From NCBI GenBank assembly GCA_040754655.1, contig JBFMCE010000051.1, positions 1 through 29,650 on the forward strand: a stretch of DNA of 29,650 nucleotides, read 5' to 3'. Below are positions 1-7,934 of this stretch, piece by piece. The stretch is from Bdellovibrionota bacterium. GTDB lineage: Bacteria > Bdellovibrionota > UBA1018 > UBA923. The notes below the pieces were generated by a model. It worked only from the letters and a program-made list of their open reading frames with translations, did no database searches and was not told the origin of the DNA. The position numbers and the translations under genes are program-made. Each line of letters starts with the position of its first letter. Position 1 is the first letter of the stretch.

Positions 1-71
1 ATCCATTAGTATATTTTACCACTAAGGCCTCATGCCGCTCTCGGCAAAAACTTCCGCTGTTCTAATGAGCT

Positions 72-1634
72 CTAATTTTTTTTGTGTGGATTATTGGCTT
101 TAGGATTGAATAGAAAATGATTCTCGCAACTCTTAGCTGAAGTAGAGAGGCGCGCTGGTCTAACGCCCAGCTCAACTTTTTTCACCGATTCCCAATCATG
201 GGTGGTGGCACCAAGCACCCTGATCTCAGCATCGAGCATGCGGATCTGACGATCAATATCATATTCATGGTTGTCAGAACGCAAATGCACCCGCTTGCGG
301 CTCCCACCAGCGGCACGCACTTTCACCACGATCGGGAGCCCTTCGACGGCGACATTCGCATACAGCTCGACGATCTGTTCAGCCTTTAGCACAGGAACAT
401 GCATCGTTTTTCCGTCACGCTGCGCGCGCGCAAGCAGAGCTGCTGCCACAACCCGCACTAGCGGCGGCAGAATTGCATCTTTAGAAAGGCGATGCAGCAG
501 CTTCTGGCCGAAGTAACCCAAATGCTCAGGGCGTTCCGTCATACTGTGTAAAGCTGTAGGTACAAAGTTTTTCTGAATAAGCCAGGCGCCCTGTTCGGGA
601 CCCACAAGTTCAAGCACCTTATCGATAGACCTGTCGGCGAGGATTGCGGTCAACTCGGAGTAAAGAGGAGAATAACGGGCATCATAAAACAGTACCATGG
701 CAGAATGCAAAATTGACTCTGCGACTTCTACAGAAACTCTCTCGGCAGCTTGAGCCTCAGTGAGGCTGCCTGCATTGTTTATCTTGGCCATTATCTCGTT
801 TCTCAGTGGTTCGTCTTTAAACTCACTTTTAAAGTTCATATGAGCAAGGGCCCGAAGGATATTCATGAAATCTGTCGAAGAACTGAGCTTTTTCTTCAAA
901 CCTTCTTCTTCAATGTCTACGAGTGCCTCGGTAAAACTACCGAAGAAATTGAAGAAGGTTTGCTTAGCTAGCTTGTAAGAGTTACTCTCGGTCTCGTTCA
1001 TCTTTGCAGGGTCTTCAAGCTCTTCGTAACCCGCAGGCCAGTTCAGTTCGCGCAGTCTCTTCTCTTCACTTTCGTAATGAGCACGCAACTGAGCACTGCT
1101 CATGGGTTGCGGTTTCACTTCACCGAAGCCTAGCAGATGAAGTGGTTCCCCATTTCGTCCTGATCCAAGGCTCAACCCCCCAAGAGAGGGTAAAAGCTCG
1201 CCACTTTGACTGAGCACCATATTTACCCCGACAAGATTGCGGAAAGAGAACTCAACCATTGATTGAGTAGCCTGTTCATACAGGCGAATTTGATCGGCCA
1301 CTACGCTACGGATGGGTTCTGGCTCAAGATCGGTGAAGTCGCCCAACCATACAAAACCGCGCCTGGCCAGAAGATCTCGAACTTCACGCGCGAATAAGGG
1401 TGCCGTGATCATACTGACCTGATTCGGATATTTATTGACCCAGAAAATCTTTACCTTTGTGTCGAGGTCGTGATCGAGTAGGAGCATATTGATTTCATCA
1501 TAGGCTGCTTGAACGGACTGACCAGGCAGGTGAACCCCATACTGACGAGTGCGCTTAAACTCATAGGGAGGGGCCGCATAGGTCAAAGACCAGGCGAATA
1601 GCACAAGCAATGGCATGAAAATCCGGAAACACAT
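72..1634 (-). CDS. Hypothetical exported protein (520 aa)
   Basis: Long ORF with a hydrophobic N-terminal signal-like segment (MPLLVLFAWSLTYA); the start may be the second Met. No recognisable family motif. Confidence 0.7.
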   Translation of the reverse strand: MCFRIFMPLLVLFAWSLTYAAPPYEFKRTRQYGVHLPGQSVQAAYDEINMLLLDHDLDTKVKIFWVNKYPNQVSMITAPLFAREVRDLLARRGFVWLGDFTDLEPEPIRSVVADQIRLYEQATQSMVEFSFRNLVGVNMVLSQSGELLPSLGGLSLGSGRNGEPLHLLGFGEVKPQPMSSAQLRAHYESEEKRLRELNWPAGYEELEDPAKMNETESNSYKLAKQTFFNFFGSFTEALVDIEEEGLKKKLSSSTDFMNILRALAHMNFKSEFKDEPLRNEIMAKINNAGSLTEAQAAERVSVEVAESILHSAMVLFYDARYSPLYSELTAILADRSIDKVLELVGPEQGAWLIQKNFVPTALHSMTERPEHLGYFGQKLLHRLSKDAILPPLVRVVAAALLARAQRDGKTMHVPVLKAEQIVELYANVAVEGLPIVVKVRAAGGSRKRVHLRSDNHEYDIDRQIRMLDAEIRVLGATTHDWESVKKVELGVRPARLSTSAKSCENHFLFNPKANNPHKKN

Positions 1635-1830
1635 ATCGCGCTATCACTTACCAAGTAAGACGGGCATTATCAACTATACTAAATAAAATTAATATGTAAG
1701 GCGTTATTACCCGGACGAGCCCAGATTCTTTAAGAGCTTTGACCGTGGTTCTTGATGAGCAAAGCGCAGATTCGCCTGAAACTTAGGAACAGGCTCTCTG
1801 GGGCCTACAAGCAATGCGCACCAACCGGAA

Positions 1831-2298
1831 CTACTCGCGAACCAACTCCACAGTATTAGGAATGAGACTATAGCTTCTGCCGCCTATCGAACCATCGCTC
1901 ACGTTCGTTTTCACCCTAATAATAAGATCCCCATTAAGAGCATGCGCCGCCGCATTGTAGAAAATTGATTTCTCAATCGCGTTCTTAAAATAGACCACAG
2001 GCAAAGCTTGGCACTTTGATAAGCCTGTTTTTTCTGTGAAATTTGACTCTTTCCGAACTTGTTCAAAGTATAGCACTATGCCATCGACGTCTTTTTTTGA
2101 AGCATAGTCGTGAAGTTGTTCCATTCGAACAGCCACGGGCTTCCCTGATATCTGCGTATTTTCTTCGTTGTGAGTGATGAACTTGGCGCACTCCGAAGTA
2201 GCGAAGGCTTCGGTGGTGGAAGCCGTCTTTCGTTTTACCTCCCCAACTGCCGCTGTTGAAACCAAACATGGAATTAGGATGGCTAATAACTTTTTCAT
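1831..2298 (-). CDS. Hypothetical secreted protein (155 aa)
   Basis: Sec-type signal MKKLLAILIPCLVSTAAVG; SD AAGGGGAG just upstream of the ATG. Confidence 0.75.
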   Translation of the reverse strand: MKKLLAILIPCLVSTAAVGEVKRKTASTTEAFATSECAKFITHNEENTQISGKPVAVRMEQLHDYASKKDVDGIVLYFEQVRKESNFTEKTGLSKCQALPVVYFKNAIEKSIFYNAAAHALNGDLIIRVKTNVSDGSIGGRSYSLIPNTVELVRE

Positions 2299-2468
2299 AT
2301 GCTCCCCTTGTTAAAGAATAAATTTTGACTCTTGACCAACTTGCATACAATAATAAATATTTACCAAGGACCTACCGTGGGCGGGCTCGCGCACATCGTG
2401 CGAGCGCTCAATGCGCATCTGAAAAAACCCATGGGCTCGCCGAAAATAAATATCTTCCGACAATAGAG

Positions 2469-3395
2469 CTACTCTCCTACATCACCTTTTGTTCTTGTAC
2501 TCGTGTCTGTGTGTTTCTTCTTACGGTACGGTTTTTCTTCGGCGCCAGGATCCTCGAAAAGGATCTCTCTTAACTTGGCAACGCTATTACGAATACCTTC
2601 ATTTTGAACATTCGCACACTTTTCGATAGGGGCTTTAAAAAAATCACGATGAAAAGTGTGTGTGAGGTCCAAAGAGCTTCTGGTCATTTCCAGCCTCTCG
2701 ACGTAAAAACTCAGGGCTTGATGCAACATTTCATTCAGGAACTTCACAGTATCTTGGTCGTTTGCGTCGTGAGACTCCATTCCCAACTCTTCTAAGGCGG
2801 CAACCTCCCCTGGTTTTAGCTCAAGGCAAGATAAACTCTCGTATTTAGTTCGTTTGCGATGGTCGGGACTATTGGGGTCAAATACTTTTTCTTTAGAAGC
2901 CTTAAGGAAAAAGTGAATTTTGTCGCGAATCTTTGGATTCGCCAAATGACCTTCAGGAATACCTTTTCTCTTGATGAATTGTTCAATTTCTTCGTCAGAG
3001 ACAGAGGCTTCACGCGCTGTGAATCCTTTTCCATCAGTATATATAGAGCGATAAACAAGACGTTTTTTGCCTGAAAACGCATAAAGCATAGTTATGATCG
3101 GGATTTTATCTGATGTGCGCGGCAAACTTGCGGAGCCCGGAGTGAATTCAAGGAAAACACTCTTTTGAGTTGTTGTATCAAAAAGATAGGCCCCTTTTTG
3201 AGCATGTCGATCTGCTAAAAAAACGAGCTTATCTTTATCAATGCGACACCCATTCTCAAAGATAGGCTGGATTTTTTCGTAAGTTTTTGTGATCGCAGCC
3301 AAACAGGCAAGCTGTGATTTCAATGCCTCATCGCCATGAGCAATTTGAGAAACCATTATTAAGAAAATGATGAGAGCTGGCATGATAGTTTTCAT
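2469..3395 (-). CDS. Hypothetical secreted protein (308 aa)
   Basis: Signal peptide MKTIMPALIIFLIMVSQIAHG; SD GAGG upstream; visibly AT-rich coding sequence. Confidence 0.75.
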   Translation of the reverse strand: MKTIMPALIIFLIMVSQIAHGDEALKSQLACLAAITKTYEKIQPIFENGCRIDKDKLVFLADRHAQKGAYLFDTTTQKSVFLEFTPGSASLPRTSDKIPIITMLYAFSGKKRLVYRSIYTDGKGFTAREASVSDEEIEQFIKRKGIPEGHLANPKIRDKIHFFLKASKEKVFDPNSPDHRKRTKYESLSCLELKPGEVAALEELGMESHDANDQDTVKFLNEMLHQALSFYVERLEMTRSSLDLTHTFHRDFFKAPIEKCANVQNEGIRNSVAKLREILFEDPGAEEKPYRKKKHTDTSTRTKGDVGE

Positions 3396-3507
3396 AAAAA
3401 CCTCTAATTCTTAGTTTATTCGTTGCGGTAACGTGGTTCCAGAGAATTAAATCTTTTACGGTTGGGCAAAAAATTCCGATGCCACCCACAACCAAGCCGC
3501 CACCGCT

Positions 3508-3532
3508 TTAAACCCGGCCAAGATCTACCGAT
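3508..3532 (+). promoter_or_regulatory. Possible sigma28 (FliA)-type promoter upstream of the PilZ gene
   Basis: TTAAA(3508-3512)-N14-ACCGAT(3527-3532) resembles TAAAG/TCAAG-N14-GCCGAT, about 24 nt before the ATG at 3556. Confidence 0.3.
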
Positions 3533-3555
3533 CCGCAAGATGAGGCAATCATCGA

Positions 3556-3948
3556 ATGTGGCAATCTTACGGTTGGAAAAAGCCTGGCAGACGCATCCAA
3601 AGAACCAAGAAAAAACCTGTTACTCGAAGATTCACGAGAGTAAGCGCTCAGGCGCAGATCGTATCCTCAGGGGAAGTGGTCTCTGGGCGGGTCTTTCTCT
3701 ACGAACTCAGCTCACACGGCGTAGGAATATTTTTAGAGCGGCCTGTCTCGAAGAACGAACAAATCTACCTCGTCATCGAATATCCGAGGCACCTCTTCTT
3801 AAAAGGGCACGTGGCATTTTGCGGTCTCTATTCATCGAACTTGAGAGTTCTTGCCGAAGAATGCTTTCAATACCGCGCTTACCTGAGATTTGATTTCGAC
3901 TCTGAACAAGAAAGACGGATGATCGAACAATACTGCCGCGAGCTTTAA
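3556..3948 (+). CDS. PilZ domain-containing protein
   Basis: RRFTR (RxxxR) followed by ELSSHG (D/NxSxxG-like), beta-rich body, C-terminal YRAYLRF strand; SD GAGG. Confidence 0.75.
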   Translation: MWQSYGWKKPGRRIQRTKKKPVTRRFTRVSAQAQIVSSGEVVSGRVFLYELSSHGVGIFLERPVSKNEQIYLVIEYPRHLFLKGHVAFCGLYSSNLRVLAEECFQYRAYLRFDFDSEQERRMIEQYCREL

Positions 3949-4703
3949 ACCTTAATAAGGCCGACGCACGCGTCTGCGAAATCCCTGAACACAACCTCAA
4001 GGTCGTCTACCCCTTGACGATCAAGTTTAAACCACTCCGGATGCCACTGCACTGCGCGGATCCACGCGCCCTGTTTGTGTTCAATGGCCTCGATGACTCC
4101 ATCTGGCGCATGGGCCACAGCTTGAAAAGCGGGAGAGAGCTCATGGATGCCTTGATGGTGCACAGTATTCACCTTGATTTGCCGCTTCTGATACAGCCTT
4201 TCAATCCATGAATCCTGGGTCAAAACAACTTCATGCACATTCTGCTCGTAGGTTTCCCAATCGCGGTGGTTCAAAGCACCCACTCTTTCAGTGGCCAGGT
4301 CTTGATAGAGCGTCCCACCATAAGCGACATTGAGAAGCTGCAAACCACGGCAAACCCCTAAGATCGGGATTTGTTTTTTTTCTGCCGCCTTCACCAATCC
4401 TATTTCATACCTATCTCTCACCTTATCGCCCGGCCATTTGGCATTGTATTGCATGCGCCCGTACGACTCTGGCGAGACGTCGGCACCGCCGGCAAGCACT
4501 AGTCCTGCGCAACGATCGACGAGTTCTTGCGTTGCTGCCTGGTTTTTCAGATCAGGCAAGACCACAGGCAGCGCACCCGCTCGATAGATGGCATCAACCA
4601 GATGCGACTCGGCGTAGTGCAGCTCCATGTTCTTGAAAACAGGTCTTTGCGGATCAGCTGCGAATCTGTTTGCAGAAACGGCAACTAAAGGACGAGTACT
4701 CAT
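3945..4703 (-). CDS. Gamma-glutamyl-gamma-aminobutyrate hydrolase family protein (peptidase C26, PuuD-like)
   Basis: Class I glutamine amidotransferase motifs GGADV, LGVCRGLQ (nucleophile Cys), NTVHHQG and QWHPE (His-Glu). Confidence 0.92.
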   Translation of the reverse strand: MSTRPLVAVSANRFAADPQRPVFKNMELHYAESHLVDAIYRAGALPVVLPDLKNQAATQELVDRCAGLVLAGGADVSPESYGRMQYNAKWPGDKVRDRYEIGLVKAAEKKQIPILGVCRGLQLLNVAYGGTLYQDLATERVGALNHRDWETYEQNVHEVVLTQDSWIERLYQKRQIKVNTVHHQGIHELSPAFQAVAHAPDGVIEAIEHKQGAWIRAVQWHPEWFKLDRQGVDDLEVVFRDFADACVGLIKV

Positions 4704-4713
4704 CGTGCTCCGA

Positions 4714-5874
4714 TCAAAGCGCGTTACGGTAAAGCGCTTCGAGATCTTTCTTCGTCACAGGTTTTGGATTGTTGTGCCAGCAAGTGTCGTGAAAGGCTTG
4801 CTCCGTGAGCTCTGGCACCAACGATTCTTTCACACCCACTTCTCTTAAGTTTCGTGGAATTGAAATCGCATCGCGAAGTTCGCTAAAATATTCAATCGCA
4901 TTTTCAGCGGAAGCCCTGACATCACGGCCTAGCTCTGCATTCACAAGCCTTGAGATATCGGTGAGTCGCCCCTCACTCACATCACTATTAAATCTCATCG
5001 CGGGCACCAGCATCACGCCGTTCGCTAAACCATGATGAACACCAGCCAATGTCGAAAGCGGATGCGCAAGCGAATGCGTCACGCCAAGGCCTTTTTGAAA
5101 AGCGATTGCGCCCATCATCGAAGCCATGAGCATATCCGCTCTCGCAGCGACATCATGGGGCTGCTTGCAGGCCTTCTTTAAGCTTCTAGAAACCAGGCGA
5201 ATCCCTCCTAAGGCGATACTGTCCGCGATCGGATGGGTGCCCTTGGCCAAGTAACTTTCGATATTATGCGTAAACGCATCCATACCCGTGGCGGCAGTAA
5301 TCTTCTCAGGAAGATCAAGCGTCAACAATGGATCTGCGAAAACATAGTTCGCCAGAAGGTATGGGCTAAAGATAATCTTCTTTGTTTTGGTGTTGGTATC
5401 AACAATAACTGTGGATCTGCCGACTTCGCTGCCTGTGCCCGCTGTCGTTGGAATGGCGACAAAGGGCGCAACGTTTGAAGTGATCTTATCGCAACCACCA
5501 AGAGCATCGTCATAGTCAAAGACCGATCCCGAGTGGGTTGCCATCAACCGAATTGCCTTTGCGACATCAAGCGGGCTTCCTCCGCCCAACCCCAAAACCC
5601 ATTGGCAACGTGTCTTCTTAAATGCATCGCGACCCGCCAAAACATCCTGCTCCGTCGGATTTCCTTGCACGCCAGTGAATGCCTCAAACGCGATGCCGGC
5701 TGACTCAAGCGTCTTCAATACTTTTTGATACGCTGGGGTCTTTGAAAATCCTGCGTCCGTGACGATCAGGCACTTGCCATAACTTTCTTTTGCGACCACC
5801 GCTGGAAGGTAAGAGAGCGCCTCTGCACCAAAGCAGATCTTAGTCGGAAACGAATACCAGTTCACTTGAGACAT
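4714..5874 (-). CDS. Iron-containing alcohol dehydrogenase
   Basis: GGGSPLD, PTTAGTGSE, GMDAFTH, HSLAH and HGLAN metal/NAD motifs. Start moved to the ATG at 5874 (MSQVNWY) because SD GAGGAG lies at 5881-5886 and this removes the overlap with the upstream gene. Confidence 0.93.
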   Translation of the reverse strand: MSQVNWYSFPTKICFGAEALSYLPAVVAKESYGKCLIVTDAGFSKTPAYQKVLKTLESAGIAFEAFTGVQGNPTEQDVLAGRDAFKKTRCQWVLGLGGGSPLDVAKAIRLMATHSGSVFDYDDALGGCDKITSNVAPFVAIPTTAGTGSEVGRSTVIVDTNTKTKKIIFSPYLLANYVFADPLLTLDLPEKITAATGMDAFTHNIESYLAKGTHPIADSIALGGIRLVSRSLKKACKQPHDVAARADMLMASMMGAIAFQKGLGVTHSLAHPLSTLAGVHHGLANGVMLVPAMRFNSDVSEGRLTDISRLVNAELGRDVRASAENAIEYFSELRDAISIPRNLREVGVKESLVPELTEQAFHDTCWHNNPKPVTKKDLEALYRNAL

Positions 5875-5897
5875 CGAATACTCCTCTGTTCTCTTCT

Positions 5898-7295
5898 TTA
5901 AATGATTTCGAAATAGCGTTCGAGTTCCCAGCTCGTGACCGCACGCCTGAATTGCTCTACTTCCCAACGACGTGTAGCGACGTAATGGTCGATAAAAGCC
6001 GAGCCGAGATACTCGCGAGCGCGCTCACTCTGATTGAGCTTTTCAGTCGCTTCCTCAAGCGAGGTGGGCAAGGGCTGGGCCTCTTTGGCCGAGACAGCAT
6101 ATGCGCTGCCCTTGAGCGGACCCTGTAAGACAAGTTTGCTTTCAATCCCATAGAGACCGCCTGCAAGAGATGCCGCTAAAGCATGATACGGATTGATATC
6201 AGCCGCGGCTAAACGATACTCGACCCGAGTGGGCTTTCCAGCGCCGTTTGGCCCTAAGATTACTCTCAGCGCCGCTGTTCTATTGTCTAGAGCCCAAGTC
6301 GCATTGCAAGGCGCCCAAGCCATCGTGTGCCTTCCCGTGCGTTTGTAGGAATTGATCGTCGGTGAGATCAAAGCCATCATTTCAGGCATGAGTTCGAGTT
6401 GGCCTGCGACGTATTGTTTGAACATCGCACTCATTCCAAATTCTGATTTTTGGTCGGCAAAAAGATTTTGCCTCAGGTCTCTATCCCAAAGCGACTGATG
6501 GATGTGTCCGGAACATCCCGGAAGGTTTTGATTCACTTTCGCCATGAAAGAAACCATCACGCCATGGCGAGATGCAATCTCTTTCATTGCAGTTTTAAAT
6601 AGAGCAGCCTTATCTGCAATGTTCAAAATCGTGTCGTATTTGATCGCCGCCTCATAGACCCCGGGACCCGTTTCGGTATGAAACCCCTCAAGGTCGATGT
6701 CGTAATCTTTCATGCTCTTGAGAATCGAATGGACCAATTCTTGTTGCGACGAAGCCCTCACCACGCTGTAACCAAACATTCCGGGAGTGAGAGGCGTAAG
6801 GTGACGGTATCCTTTCTCACGAACCGTTTCCGGGCTCTCTTTGAAAATAAAAAACTCAAACTCAACCGCGGCCATCGGTTCAAACCCAAGTTTATGGGCT
6901 CTTTGCACCACTCTCTTCAAGACTTGGCGCGGGCAAATGGGCAACGCCGAACCGCCTGGCGTATAAAAGTCAGCAAGCATAAATGCGGTATTGGATTCCC
7001 ACGGAATAAACCTCAAGGTCTTTGGATCAAGCTTCGCCAACGCATCGGGATAACCGGTATGCCAACCTGTATACATCTTCCTGGCGGTCTCAGGTTCGTG
7101 ATCATAAAGGACATCGGCAGAGTCCCAGCCAAAGATCACATCGCAAAATCCGAAGCCTGATTCCAAAACCCCTTCGGCCTTTTCTAGCGAAAGATATTTT
7201 CCCCGAAGAACGCCGTCTGTGTCGAATGCGCCGACTTTAAGGCGCTCTACTCCGCGTTCGCGCAAGAGCTGCAGGACAGAATTCGCTGATGCCAT
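5898..7295 (-). CDS. Glutamine synthetase-like gamma-glutamylamine ligase (PuuA/GlnA4-like)
   Basis: D.DGVLRGK, EFEFF, HTETGPGVYE, SGHIHQS, NRT and RVEYR motifs. The glutamate-flap position reads AWAP instead of the YEAP of true GS. Confidence 0.9.
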   Translation of the reverse strand: MASANSVLQLLRERGVERLKVGAFDTDGVLRGKYLSLEKAEGVLESGFGFCDVIFGWDSADVLYDHEPETARKMYTGWHTGYPDALAKLDPKTLRFIPWESNTAFMLADFYTPGGSALPICPRQVLKRVVQRAHKLGFEPMAAVEFEFFIFKESPETVREKGYRHLTPLTPGMFGYSVVRASSQQELVHSILKSMKDYDIDLEGFHTETGPGVYEAAIKYDTILNIADKAALFKTAMKEIASRHGVMVSFMAKVNQNLPGCSGHIHQSLWDRDLRQNLFADQKSEFGMSAMFKQYVAGQLELMPEMMALISPTINSYKRTGRHTMAWAPCNATWALDNRTAALRVILGPNGAGKPTRVEYRLAAADINPYHALAASLAGGLYGIESKLVLQGPLKGSAYAVSAKEAQPLPTSLEEATEKLNQSERAREYLGSAFIDHYVATRRWEVEQFRRAVTSWELERYFEII

Positions 7296-7379
7296 ATTTA
7301 CCCCCCATAAATACGAAACAACCCCGACCCATAAAGAAACTTGGCTTTATGCATTAAGGTCCTAAGATAGGAGGTAGCT

Positions 7380-7745
7380 TTAGGCAACAGTTTTAAAAGG
7401 AATAAGGACTTGGTTTTTTTCTTCGACAAGTCGCTTCAATTCCGACTCATCAAGATCTTTTTCAAATTTCAACCCATAGCGATAAAGGGTATCGATGCAG
7501 TAGTCATTTTTTCCCCAAACCACTTTGGCGGAAGCAACAACAGTCACGACGTTTTTATCTACCCAGACCGGCACTCGCAGCAGAATACCTTCTCCGGGTT
7601 TCAGGTGACGGCTTGTACGTACCGTACACCCACCGATCCCCAAGGAAGTGATCCTTACTTTGTGAGGTTCACTGCCATCTTTTAATGAAGCTTTTAAGCA
7701 AACGTTGAAGCGTTGGTGTGTGCGTGTGTTTTCTCTAATTTTCAT
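7380..7745 (-). CDS. PilZ domain-containing protein
   Basis: RTHQR (RxxxR), degenerate SLGIGG second motif, AKVVW and YGLKF strands typical of PilZ barrels. Confidence 0.8.
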   Translation of the reverse strand: MKIRENTRTHQRFNVCLKASLKDGSEPHKVRITSLGIGGCTVRTSRHLKPGEGILLRVPVWVDKNVVTVVASAKVVWGKNDYCIDTLYRYGLKFEKDLDESELKRLVEEKNQVLIPFKTVA

Positions 7746-7831
7746 AACATGTTAAAATGGTGATAAATAAATGCGGAAACAAACAACCCTACTTGTATGG
7801 CCGACCAACTCCAGCTGAGCGCTCGTTGCAT
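7742..7831 (-). CDS. Candidate 29-aa hydrophobic small protein (not in the ORF track)
   Basis: Hand translation MQRALSWSWSAIQVGLFVSAFIYHHFNML*; SD GGGGGGAG at 7843-7836; TGA overlaps the PilZ ATG (ATGA at 7745-7742). Confidence 0.55.
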   Translation of the reverse strand: MQRALSWSWSAIQVGLFVSAFIYHHFNML

Positions 7832-7860
7832 CGATCTCCCCCCGTGCGCCTGAACAATAA

Positions 7861-7877
7861 TGCAACACATGTACCAA
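7861..7877 (-). promoter_or_regulatory. Sigma54 (-24/-12) promoter
   Basis: Minus strand reads TTGGTACATGTGTTGCA (GG-N10-GC; consensus TGGCAC-N5-TTGCA); divergent from a sigma54 activator gene. Confidence 0.7.
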
Positions 7878-7934
7878 GTTTTTTAAGGTGCAGGCCTAAC
7901 TTGCTCTTTTCGGATCCAAATTCAAAATGGACGC

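Noticed and set aside
5875..5967. N-terminal extension of the Fe-ADH in the ORF track
   Set aside because: Overlaps the GS-like gene; a strong SD supports ATG 5874.
5898..7295. Calling this gene glnA (true glutamine synthetase)
   Set aside because: The flap glutamate is replaced by Trp and the operon context indicates amine glutamylation.
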